A DNA stretch of 52,513 nucleotides. It comes from a candidate division FCPU426 bacterium. Lineage in GTDB: Bacteria > Oederibacteriota > JAAXVQ01 > JAUVAV01. This document shows positions 37,589-46,257 of this stretch, in pieces. Made by a program: the position numbers and the translations under genes. The stretch is from assembly GCA_030637655.1 (NCBI GenBank), contig DAOWGI010000032.1:1-52513 (forward strand), given 5' to 3'. How positions within the stretch are numbered: position 1 is the stretch's first letter; each line of letters starts with the position of its first letter. The notes under the pieces were generated by a model. It was given only the letters and a program-made list of their open reading frames with translations. It did not search any database and was not told where the DNA came from.

Positions 37589-40500
37589 TTACGGTTGACG
37601 GCCAGTCTCAACCTTGGTTTTTCCCTTCTCAGTAATTTTTACTTTTCCGACTTTCTTCCCTTCAACTTTCACAACATACTCCCCTATTGGAACAACATTA
37701 TAGTAAATGCTACTGGCATCAATATCACGCAGTTTCCTGCCATCCGGATAATAAAGTTCAACCATATAATTCCCGCGCGGAGATATCCCCAGCTGTCCAA
37801 AGCCTTTTACTTTAAGTCTTGTAGGTTTGCCGTCCTCTACCTCCACCTTTCCAAGATTGATCACTGGATACGGATCCGCCTTCACCTTGACGATATAGGT
37901 CCCGACTGGAACAACCTTGAAATAAATATCCCTTACTTTCAAATCACAAAATTTCGTCCCATCAGTTGTATACAACACGGAATCCCAATTTCCCAATGAT
38001 TCAACGCCAATCTGCCCGAAACCTTTTACTTTGACCCTGGTTTTTTCATAAGCTTTAACAATATATTTACCCAAATTCATTTCAGGATACGGTTCAGGAT
38101 TGACTTTAACAATATAAGTCCCTTCCGGAACAATTGAATACTTATAACTGTCACCTTTGATGGTTTTGAACTCTTGGCCGGCAGGATGAAGCAATAGTCC
38201 GTCCCATTTTCCCGGGGAAGTTATGCCTATCCAACCGTATCCAGGGACCTTTTGTTTCACTACCTGATCTTCTTTTATTATTATTTCTCCAAGATTGATT
38301 TCAGGATATTCTTTAGGATATACCTTTACAACATAGGTCCCGGATGGAACTACCGTATAAGATAGTTCATCCCCTTTAATATCCATAAACTTGCGTCCAT
38401 CGCGATAAAAGAGGGAATAATCCCAATTCCCCGGAGATTCCACACCGATCTTCCCGAAACCGGGCGTTTTGAGTTTAACAACATCATTCTCCTTTATCGT
38501 CACCCAGCCCATATCAATTTCAGCATACTCCTTGGGTTTGACTTTCACGTTGTAAGTACCTATTGGAACAATGGTGCAAAACAGCTTGCCTCCGGGAATA
38601 TCCATTAACTTTTTGCCTTTTGAAGTATACAAGCTGTAATCCCATTCACCAACCGAGCTGACACCGATTTGCCCAAAACCGGTCAGTTGCATTTTTAGAT
38701 GCTCATTTTCTTTCACCATGGCAAAACCCAGATCAACTTCAGGAAAATCAGTTGGTTTCACCTTGACCTGATACATTCCCGTGGGCACCCGGATATATTC
38801 CGCGCCTGGAATCTCACGAAAAAATGTGCCATCCGGATAAAACAATTTTGAAGGATAATTGCCCAGAGAACTCACGCCAATAAATCCCAGCCTAACTGAC
38901 AACTTGATAAGTTTGCGCGATGCGACAAGTATATCCTGATAACGGGTAATACCCTCTGCTTTGCAATCCACTTCAAGCTGATAAAAACCCGGTTCAAGCA
39001 GCACCTCTTGGTTGCATTTGGTATCCGTGACCACCACGTTATTCTGAGATATTTTCACAGAATAATCTTCAGGTGCGTCAACTTGAAGTGTACCTTTACT
39101 TTCAAAATAAATACGTGTTGTTTTACCACCCTTAATTGCCACATTTTCACGAACATGTACCTTAGGACCTTCCGTACTTATTTTATATACTCCAATCGGC
39201 AATTCCACCACATCACCGGACTTGAACCTGGCTTTTTCCTTTAGCGTGGATTGACGGCTCACAACAATGATGTCCCCGACTTCAGCCTGAACTTTAAGTT
39301 TTCCTTTTTTCTCATATCCCATGCGGAACATCCAGAGGTTGTTCTCCAGGTCACTATCCTTGCCCACAGTTTTTGCTACCACAGCGGCTTGATACAAGGC
39401 ACCGTCATACTGAAAAGATAATTTAATGCTGCGGCTGCTCAAGGGAGGCAGGTTGCTGATCCTTGTTTTGGAGCTTAATAAAACGTCTTCTCCCCATGCC
39501 CCTTTTGCTATATAGACTTCTATATTCTTCGCCGTAGCAGCACCCAAATTAAAAACTTCCACTTCCAAAATAACCGGCCCCGGCTGATTTCTTTTTTCAG
39601 GCAGCCCGGCGATTTTATTTCCAAAAACACCCACATCAGGCAGAGCATGATTTACTTGTTCAGGCAGAAGCGTTTGCGCGATTTTATCCGCTTCAGCCTG
39701 ACTGGTCGCAACTACCATCATTTCCTGTTGAGTCATGGATTGAACCACTTTAAATCCATTATTAATATAATAATTTCCGCCGTTCAACTTTCGTGTGTTA
39801 AATGACACTTTGTTTTTCGCCTGTCCGGCAGATGAATATTGAAGCAAGCGTGGATCAAATTCAAAAAGGCATTGCCCTTCCGGGATGGTATTTTCCAGCT
39901 TGCCAATAATTTGGTCATTGATTTTGAAAGTCATGTCATGATTGCTGTAAATACTGCGGTCCCAGGGCAGCTCAAAATTTGTAATAAAATAACTTTTTTC
40001 AACATTATTGGTGATTCCCGGGACGCGGAGCGGTTCGGACCAGTTTATGCCCTGATCTTGGCTTTGGGTAATCCAGGTATAATTCCAGTTAAAGGTCGGA
40101 CTATAATAAAACAATGCCAATCCTTCCTCAGTACTAATAATGCCGGGATACTCGTTATACCGATCACCTTTAATGGCACGAATTTCATCCAGCCACCTTT
40201 TATTGTCAAGACTGGTTCGTGTGTAGATTGCGCTTGGTTTTTTTCGGCTGTCACGCCATGCCACACAAACGCCTTTATCCGAAAGACTCTGCAAAGCTGG
40301 TTGGCCCAGACCTTTTCGGCTTTTTACAATCCTATGTGGCTTACCCCAATTCACTCCTCCATCAATGGATTGCATGGCATATATAACCTGATTTTTTTTA
40401 TTTTTCTCAATCCAGAGCATCCAAAGGTTTTCAGGAGTACCACTGATTTGGGGCCATGAAACCCGGCCTTTGACCAACTGCTTTTCCTGCTGCCAGGTCT

Positions 40501-41377
40501 TGCCTTGATCTGGTGATTTTCGCATAAATATGCCGTTTCTGGCGTTTTCCCAAACGAGCAGCAGGTTTGAACCGGACACCCACAGAATTGGATTATAAGC
40601 GCCTTTGCCATGATCTGTTATACGAATTGCAGATGACCAGGAATTACCGCCATCCTCTGAATATTTGAAATAAATTTCACGTTTGCCTCCAGCCCGGCCA
40701 TCTTCCCAGGCAGCATACAAATTGCCATTCGGATCGCCGGCCAGCCAAGGCCAACAGGATTCGCCTTTTGAATTGGTAAGACGCGTAATGTGAGGCGGCT
40801 GATTCGGAAGGAGTTTCGCAAAACATATTTCCTGATCATCATAATATTGAGAATGCCAGATAGCAGCTGCAATTCCATTCTGTGCTGCAAGAAAAAAGGG
40901 CTCTGGAAAGCTTGATTTCTCCAAACCAGGTCGGATCTTTGCCACTCCCGGTCTTACGATACCTCCCCGAATACCCGGAAGCATAATAGTTTCCGAATAC
41001 CGGGGCAAAACACTGCTGACGCGTTTCCATTTCAAGGCCAGCCTGGTCTGCAAATCCAAGGCCGGATTATTCTGCCCCTCAGCAGTGAATAAATCACGCA
41101 TCGCAAAATCACCTGGTTTATCCAAACGGACAAACACATTACCGTTATCCAAGGCTATTTCGCAGATGGATTCATCACCCAAGCGAATAGTATCGTTCTT
41201 CTGAATTTCATCTCCAAGCTTAACCTCTGATATTTGACCATCAGCAGTAGCTTGTTTCACATCATTGACAATAAAATCCACACGTGGATTGGCAGCCTCG
41301 ACATGCAAATGTGCCCCAAGTACAATAATGTTTGAGAATAGGTAACATATAATGTGCTTTGTAATAATTCTTCTCAT
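37589..41377 (-). CDS. large secreted multidomain protein (FecR-like, Asp-box propeller, CARDB-like, tandem ~73-aa repeats)
   Basis: Signal peptide; Asp-boxes SEDGGNSW, SPDQGKTW, SIDGGVNW, SQDQGINW; VFNLG..A.N...DLENN; six GFG.IG..S.G.W...VP.GTY.VKV repeats. Confidence 0.75.
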   Translation of the reverse strand: MRRIITKHIICYLFSNIIVLGAHLHVEAANPRVDFIVNDVKQATADGQISEVKLGDEIQKNDTIRLGDESICEIALDNGNVFVRLDKPGDFAMRDLFTAEGQNNPALDLQTRLALKWKRVSSVLPRYSETIMLPGIRGGIVRPGVAKIRPGLEKSSFPEPFFLAAQNGIAAAIWHSQYYDDQEICFAKLLPNQPPHITRLTNSKGESCWPWLAGDPNGNLYAAWEDGRAGGKREIYFKYSEDGGNSWSSAIRITDHGKGAYNPILWVSGSNLLLVWENARNGIFMRKSPDQGKTWQQEKQLVKGRVSWPQISGTPENLWMLWIEKNKKNQVIYAMQSIDGGVNWGKPHRIVKSRKGLGQPALQSLSDKGVCVAWRDSRKKPSAIYTRTSLDNKRWLDEIRAIKGDRYNEYPGIISTEEGLALFYYSPTFNWNYTWITQSQDQGINWSEPLRVPGITNNVEKSYFITNFELPWDRSIYSNHDMTFKINDQIIGKLENTIPEGQCLFEFDPRLLQYSSAGQAKNKVSFNTRKLNGGNYYINNGFKVVQSMTQQEMMVVATSQAEADKIAQTLLPEQVNHALPDVGVFGNKIAGLPEKRNQPGPVILEVEVFNLGAATAKNIEVYIAKGAWGEDVLLSSKTRISNLPPLSSRSIKLSFQYDGALYQAAVVAKTVGKDSDLENNLWMFRMGYEKKGKLKVQAEVGDIIVVSRQSTLKEKARFKSGDVVELPIGVYKISTEGPKVHVRENVAIKGGKTTRIYFESKGTLQVDAPEDYSVKISQNNVVVTDTKCNQEVLLEPGFYQLEVDCKAEGITRYQDILVASRKLIKLSVRLGFIGVSSLGNYPSKLFYPDGTFFREIPGAEYIRVPTGMYQVKVKPTDFPEVDLGFAMVKENEHLKMQLTGFGQIGVSSVGEWDYSLYTSKGKKLMDIPGGKLFCTIVPIGTYNVKVKPKEYAEIDMGWVTIKENDVVKLKTPGFGKIGVESPGNWDYSLFYRDGRKFMDIKGDELSYTVVPSGTYVVKVYPKEYPEINLGEIIIKEDQVVKQKVPGYGWIGITSPGKWDGLLLHPAGQEFKTIKGDSYKYSIVPEGTYIVKVNPEPYPEMNLGKYIVKAYEKTRVKVKGFGQIGVESLGNWDSVLYTTDGTKFCDLKVRDIYFKVVPVGTYIVKVKADPYPVINLGKVEVEDGKPTRLKVKGFGQLGISPRGNYMVELYYPDGRKLRDIDASSIYYNVVPIGEYVVKVEGKKVGKVKITEKGKTKVETGRQP

Positions 41378-41395
41378 CCAGGCACCTTGCGCTTT

Positions 41396-41764
41396 TTATG
41401 TTTTCCCAAAATACTCTCGGGTTTCGGCTTTAATCCAAAACAGCAGCAATGGAATACAAACGAAAGCAGTTAAAAGACCGAAAAAACCCAAACCAATCAA
41501 GGCCAAGCCATATACCCATACCCAGGACCGGGGCTTAAGAAAGAGCGGCACAATATAAGCAATTACCGTAACAAACAATGCTATCAGCATAAAAACAGCT
41601 GTCCCAGCTTGCGCCCCGACTTTTCCGAATCCTCCGACATCAACAATTACCCAAGTGCCGCCGGCAAAAAACGCAGTGCAAACAATTGCCATAAATACGC
41701 AAAATACTTTAAACCACAAAACTACGTTTGGTTTTTGATTCGTAATAAGATCAGACATTTTCAA
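41396..41764 (-). CDS. hypothetical membrane protein
   Basis: 122 aa, 3-4 TM segments, GGAG upstream. Confidence 0.65.
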   Translation of the reverse strand: MKMSDLITNQKPNVVLWFKVFCVFMAIVCTAFFAGGTWVIVDVGGFGKVGAQAGTAVFMLIALFVTVIAYIVPLFLKPRSWVWVYGLALIGLGFFGLLTAFVCIPLLLFWIKAETREYFGKT

Positions 41765-41787
41765 TCACTCCTTTTTACCTTCCATAT

Positions 41788-42075
41788 TCACAGCAATTCA
41801 ACAGATATATCATAAAGTCTTTTTCTCGCAGCATTGAATTCATCGTTTTCTTCTTTTAAAGGCACTCCATTTTTATGTAAAACAACATCGGAAAACGAAG
41901 CCATGCCGCGATATTGCCGCAGTATTTTTCTCGCAACATTCTTTTTTATAATTTCATCAGATGTTTCACTAAACTCCTCTAAACATCTTTTAAAAAACAA
42001 ACTCCATTCTTCTTCATCATAATCATTAAGTATTTAAATTATTTCATTTATCAAACTCGTTATTTCATTTTTCAT
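41788..42075 (-). pseudogene. DUF6966-like putative immunity gene with internal stop
   Basis: ATG 42075 after AGAGGA: MKNEITSLINEII*ILNDYDEEEW...YRGMASFSDVVL; in-frame TAA at 42034-42036. Confidence 0.55.
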
Positions 42076-42090
42076 AAAATCTATTATCCT

Positions 42091-42273
42091 CTAATGTTTT
42101 ATATGCCATTTTTCCAAAACTTCTATACCCGGAAGTTCCCACGACTTTCCAATTATTATTTGCTCTGTTTGTCCAACATAGACATCGCCCTGCGAGGCAA
42201 TTTTACCCACATGTATTTTAGTTCCTTTAGGTATTTTTACATTTCTTAAATATTTTTGCCGTACTTGCCGCCC
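42091..42273 (-). pseudogene. orphan toxin-tip fragment
   Basis: Frame without ATG: ...VKIPKGTKIHVGKIASQGDVYVGQTEQIIIGKSWELPGIEVLEKWHIKH*; 5' end replaced by the 60-bp repeat. Confidence 0.45.
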
Positions 42274-42305
42274 TTATCCGATTAACCGAAAGCCGTCCCC
42301 TACCA
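42246..42305. repeat. 60-bp exact direct repeat, copy 1 (RAYT element left end)
   Basis: TTAAATATTTTTGCCGTACTTGCCGCCCTTATCCGATTAACCGAAAGCCGTCCCCTACCA, identical to 48511-48570. Confidence 0.92.
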
Positions 42306-42362
42306 CAAAGTTCATCAACTGATCCAATTGAGCCCTCTTTCTATTTCAATTCTTTCTTCACC

Positions 42363-42665
42363 CTATACTATAGCTCGCACAATGTAGAGAAAATTGATAA
42401 GTACAGAAATAATATAAAAAGCTATTGAAATACCAATAATAATTATTTTTATTCCTAAATCAGGGGGCTTTCCTGACAACATTAGTTTAATGTAAATAAA
42501 AATCAGCGCAACCAAACTCAGTACAAATATTATTCTTACAAAATACTCAAAAAAACTCCCTATTCCCCTAGAAAATCCAAATATTCCAAATAATAAATCA
42601 AGTGTTTTTGGAGTAATGGCACAAATTGCAGGTATTATATAGATCAAATACAAATATATCTTCAT
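42363..42665 (-). CDS. small AT-rich membrane protein, putative immunity protein
   Basis: 100 aa, 3 TM segments, starts 1 nt after the stop of the putative toxin. Confidence 0.55.
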   Translation of the reverse strand: MKIYLYLIYIIPAICAITPKTLDLLFGIFGFSRGIGSFFEYFVRIIFVLSLVALIFIYIKLMLSGKPPDLGIKIIIIGISIAFYIISVLINFLYIVRAIV

Positions 42666-42666
42666 T

Positions 42667-44337
42667 CTACTTTATCCCCCTGATCTTTAAATATATTGAC
42701 ATTCCGGGAATTTCTTCCAAAGCAGCAATTCTCTGTTGTCTAGTTGTTGTATCTTTTGAAGAATTACCATATTCAATCCAAGGCAATACATCAACATTGA
42801 AATGTCCGGTTTTATCTTCTAAAGGAGAAATAAAATCATAGCTACCACTATTTTCTGGAGTTGAAATCAATTTCCCACTACTATCATAAATCGCCTGTAA
42901 TCCTAAAAACTTGTCTTTTCCTCTGTAATCTTTATTTCCTGAGGTGCCTATATTATGCGTTGGAGTCTCTCCCAATGATGTCCAATATTCCGGGTCAATA
43001 TCTTTCTCTGAAAACGGAATTCCGGTCTCATAATTATGTCTGTGGTAATGCAGTTGCTTCTGTTGTTTTGGCGACAATTTATTCCAATATTTTTCCGAAA
43101 TTATATTTGGATCATTAGGTGGACTCCAGCTGCTATTTAATTTCTCTTTTTCAGCACCTTCATGATATTTAATCGGTGTATTACGAATGTGCCCAACTTC
43201 CGGCCCATCACCCGGGGTGTTCAATTCCAGGTCTACATTTTCCCGATTAGTACAAAAATGCGTAGCAGCGGAAGATTGATAAATTGATTGCGTTACCGCG
43301 CAAAAAACCTGTTTGCCTTTTGGCACGACAAACTTAATAGGCACTGTCTGTTTCTTGCCGGCTGCGGATATTACAATCTCACCGGCCAATTCACGCCTGC
43401 CGATCTCCAGCCTGGGTAATACCTGAATCTTTAAATACGCGTTACTTTTTAACAACGCATGATTCACTTCGGGAAGGAATTTCACTTTCCCCCAGAGTTC
43501 CTTACCAGGCTTTATCGAAAAGTCTGTCAGTCCGCCGCCCAGATTCCGAATCTTAATAACCGTACCAAGAGTGACAGGATCAACCTCTCCCAACTCCACT
43601 TGTACGTTAAAGTCAACTTGTTCCACTTTGACCAAAACTTGGGCACTGTCTTTCATTACTTTGCCGGCGAGCGTCTCCAAGTTAATGATAAATGGGTATT
43701 CCTCTTTTTTCGTATCTTGAGCATGCGCAACCAACTCAAGCGTTCTCTTTTCACCTGCTGCGATCTCAATGGTTTTATCGATTGATCCTTCACCTACAAA
43801 CCCAACAATAAAATCTCGATATGGATTAAAAACCGTGGCTTTTAAGCTATGGGATTTGTCATCATTATTGGCGATTTTAATTGCGCAGTGCTGTTGATAA
43901 TCGCGTTTGACATTAAAAACATAGTTTCTCTCCAGGAATACCAATCCGCCTTGGGCAACGGAAAAAGATCGAACATCACCCGCAAAGGGACCGTCTTTCA
44001 AATTGATAACAATGACATATTCTAATTGATCGCCGGGTTTGAGTTTATCGAGTTGGATGGAGTGCATGGTATCAAGAGGACTTTTTACAATTTTCCATTT
44101 CGAGGTATTAATTTTTCGGTATTTGACATAGCCGGCGGAACTCAAACGAGTGGACCAATGAATAATCACACTTTGATTGGGAATAATCATGCCGTCTTGG
44201 GGAGACGCATTTTCAATCGCTACTTTGGCTTCAGCTTTACTTAAATATGCGCCGGGTATGATTTTCTGTTGGCTTTTTCCGAATCCCAAAAGGAAAGGCA
44301 GGATTAATAATACGGCAATACTTTTTCTTTTAAGCAT
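42667..44337 (-). CDS. secreted FN3/Ig-like protein with putative C-terminal polymorphic toxin domain
   Basis: Signal peptide, I.W.T...S.GYVKY FN3-like start, Ig-like middle; AT-rich tip HYHRHN...H...YDSSG.L...NSGSYDF...GHFNVDVLPWIEYGN. Confidence 0.6.
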   Translation of the reverse strand: MLKRKSIAVLLILPFLLGFGKSQQKIIPGAYLSKAEAKVAIENASPQDGMIIPNQSVIIHWSTRLSSAGYVKYRKINTSKWKIVKSPLDTMHSIQLDKLKPGDQLEYVIVINLKDGPFAGDVRSFSVAQGGLVFLERNYVFNVKRDYQQHCAIKIANNDDKSHSLKATVFNPYRDFIVGFVGEGSIDKTIEIAAGEKRTLELVAHAQDTKKEEYPFIINLETLAGKVMKDSAQVLVKVEQVDFNVQVELGEVDPVTLGTVIKIRNLGGGLTDFSIKPGKELWGKVKFLPEVNHALLKSNAYLKIQVLPRLEIGRRELAGEIVISAAGKKQTVPIKFVVPKGKQVFCAVTQSIYQSSAATHFCTNRENVDLELNTPGDGPEVGHIRNTPIKYHEGAEKEKLNSSWSPPNDPNIISEKYWNKLSPKQQKQLHYHRHNYETGIPFSEKDIDPEYWTSLGETPTHNIGTSGNKDYRGKDKFLGLQAIYDSSGKLISTPENSGSYDFISPLEDKTGHFNVDVLPWIEYGNSSKDTTTRQQRIAALEEIPGMSIYLKIRGIK

Positions 44338-44442
44338 TGATCACCTGGATTGTTAGAAATCAAATATACTTCCCCGGCTATTAAAGCATGCATCAATTTA
44401 GCATATTCTATTATGCTTTGTCGGCAAAATATTATGAAGCCA

Positions 44443-44467
44443 GTAGGAGGACGTTGTTCGGCAATAC
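44443..44467. repeat. cassette-boundary motif copy A
   Basis: GTAGGAGGACGTTGTTCGGCAATAC. Confidence 0.7.
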
Positions 44468-44531
44468 TTTGTGACCTGCCTTTGGAAACCGCGAAGCGGC
44501 GGCAAAGGGTCGAATACATTGATTTGTTAGG

Positions 44532-44981
44532 TCACGGTCTTCCTTTTATTGGATACTGTTCCAATATTTTCTTGCATTCTGTAATAACACTTGGTAAATA
44601 ACTTTGATCTATTTCAAATGTAAATTTATGTTGTTGGGATAAATGATCAGGTGTCAAATCCACCTCCATTTCGATATGCCCAAGATTTTTAGCTTCAAGT
44701 TTTAAATACAATTGAGGTTCCATACAAGCTAATTCAGCTTTAGCTTTTAAATCACCATTGATATTCTCAACCCCAGATAAAAATTGTGAAATTTCCGGCA
44801 AATGAATAATGTTTCCTTGAACCCATACGTTTGAGCCTCGAGTTCCACAATGGACAGTAACATTTATCCAGTTCGCATCCCAATAATCGTCTGAATTAGG
44901 AAATTGCCGCTTATGAACCCATATTTGCAGACCTGCTAATTTTAAATCCGGAATTCCCAGTTCATCGATTTTATTTTCCAT
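44532..44981 (-). CDS. WapI-like orphan immunity protein
   Basis: RQFPNSDDYWDANWI...MEPQL.L...G.I....IDQSYL pattern. Confidence 0.5.
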   Translation of the reverse strand: MENKIDELGIPDLKLAGLQIWVHKRQFPNSDDYWDANWINVTVHCGTRGSNVWVQGNIIHLPEISQFLSGVENINGDLKAKAELACMEPQLYLKLEAKNLGHIEMEVDLTPDHLSQQHKFTFEIDQSYLPSVITECKKILEQYPIKGRP

Positions 44982-45012
44982 AATTTTTTCGGACCTAACC
45001 TAAGTTTATCTG

Positions 45013-45049
45013 TAAGTATGCAGTACGGGATATTGTTCGGGAATACATT
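45013..45049. repeat. cassette-boundary motif copy B
   Basis: TAAGTATGCAGTACGGGATATTGTTCGGGAATACATT. Confidence 0.8.
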
Positions 45050-45331
45050 ATGAAACAATTACACGAACCAAAAAAGGATCGGACCATGAGAAGCAGCAAG
45101 AAAAACGATGGAACCCCCTGGGCATGCCCGGGGTATCTCTCCTGACCTCGCCGCATCCTGCTATGGCAGGGCGATATCCCCGGAGCAGAAAGGTCCGCAG
45201 TCCTCCACGCGCATGCACGGGGTCCCCTGCGAAGGGGATGAAGAATGAATTGTATCTCAGGTATATCATAAGGAAGGTAAATCCGGCAAAAATATGGACC
45301 GGCCGGGGAATACCAACGCATGTTTATTGCT

Positions 45332-45766
45332 TCAAGCACTATTAATTCCAACCAGACAGGCAGCAATATCCTGCTCAAATGATTTAAATATCCCTTCAAT
45401 CCCTTCAACCAAAGGTTTGAGTTTGGCAAATTCAAGTTCAAACGCATACCCATAAACAAAAAAGTTGCGAAAGGCCAAATAGCGTTTAAGCCCGTTAGCA
45501 GTCGATTCAGAGATTATTTTAGATTCAACCGTCAATTGGAGCAGATCACGATGCCAGGAAGGACCTACAGGTAATGTCAAACCATAGTGTCGCACTATTT
45601 GTTTAATAATGTTTTCAGTACCGTTATAAAAGTTATGAATCAAGGTGGCAATTCCGGCTATTTCCAGAGCAGAAAGATTGGAACCGGAACAATCCTGCGG
45701 AAATTTCGCAAGTACTTGCTTTATATTATCTAATTCAGCATTAACCCGATCATTGATTTCAGCCAT
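45332..45766 (-). CDS. HepT-like HEPN toxin (RX4H motif altered to RNFFVY)
   Basis: IHNFYNGTENI, P.GPSWHRDLL, YLAFRNFFVYGY; coupled to the MNT gene. Confidence 0.8.
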   Translation of the reverse strand: MAEINDRVNAELDNIKQVLAKFPQDCSGSNLSALEIAGIATLIHNFYNGTENIIKQIVRHYGLTLPVGPSWHRDLLQLTVESKIISESTANGLKRYLAFRNFFVYGYAFELEFAKLKPLVEGIEGIFKSFEQDIAACLVGINSA

Positions 45767-46028
45767 ACAAAGGAATTCCTTCCTGGCGAATTATATTCGT
45801 GAATTTATTTTCAACGTCAAGATCGATAACATCTACTGGTTGCGTAAGATTGAATAGAAGTTCTCCATAAAAATCAAAAAAATATTCAGGAGAAATCCCT
45901 TCTACAGCCAAATCAATATCAACGCCTTTCGTAAGGGCATTCGCATTTGAACCAAAAAGCAGGATTTTTTTCACATGATAGCGTTTGGCCAAATCTATAA
46001 TAATTTCTTTTTCTTCATCCGAGATCAT
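45759..46028 (-). CDS. MntA-like minimal nucleotidyltransferase antitoxin
   Basis: LFGS-X9-DIDLAV, PVDVIDL, I.QEG; ATG 46028 after CAGGAG. Confidence 0.85.
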   Translation of the reverse strand: MISDEEKEIIIDLAKRYHVKKILLFGSNANALTKGVDIDLAVEGISPEYFFDFYGELLFNLTQPVDVIDLDVENKFTNIIRQEGIPLYG

Positions 46029-46222
46029 ATTAACGGCACTCCTGAACAATTTAATTATGCATTTATATTACTTCCAAGCGAATTATATAATCACAAACTA
46101 CAATTGGCAAGGAACATTTGATTTCACTGCTTTAATAAGAATTATTTGGTGTTTCGCCGCAGAATCAACTTGCTTTCTTCCCCACACAGAGCTAATGTCC
46201 ATATCGAGGAATTTCGAGGAGT

Positions 46223-46251
46223 AGTACGGGAACGTTGTTCGGGAATACATT
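46223..46251. repeat. cassette-boundary motif copy C
   Basis: AGTACGGGAACGTTGTTCGGGAATACATT. Confidence 0.8.
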
Positions 46252-46257
46252 TTCGTT

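Noticed and set aside
44995-45459. 154-aa ORF
   Set aside because: Overlaps the HEPN gene out of frame and runs through palindromic DNA and a boundary repeat.
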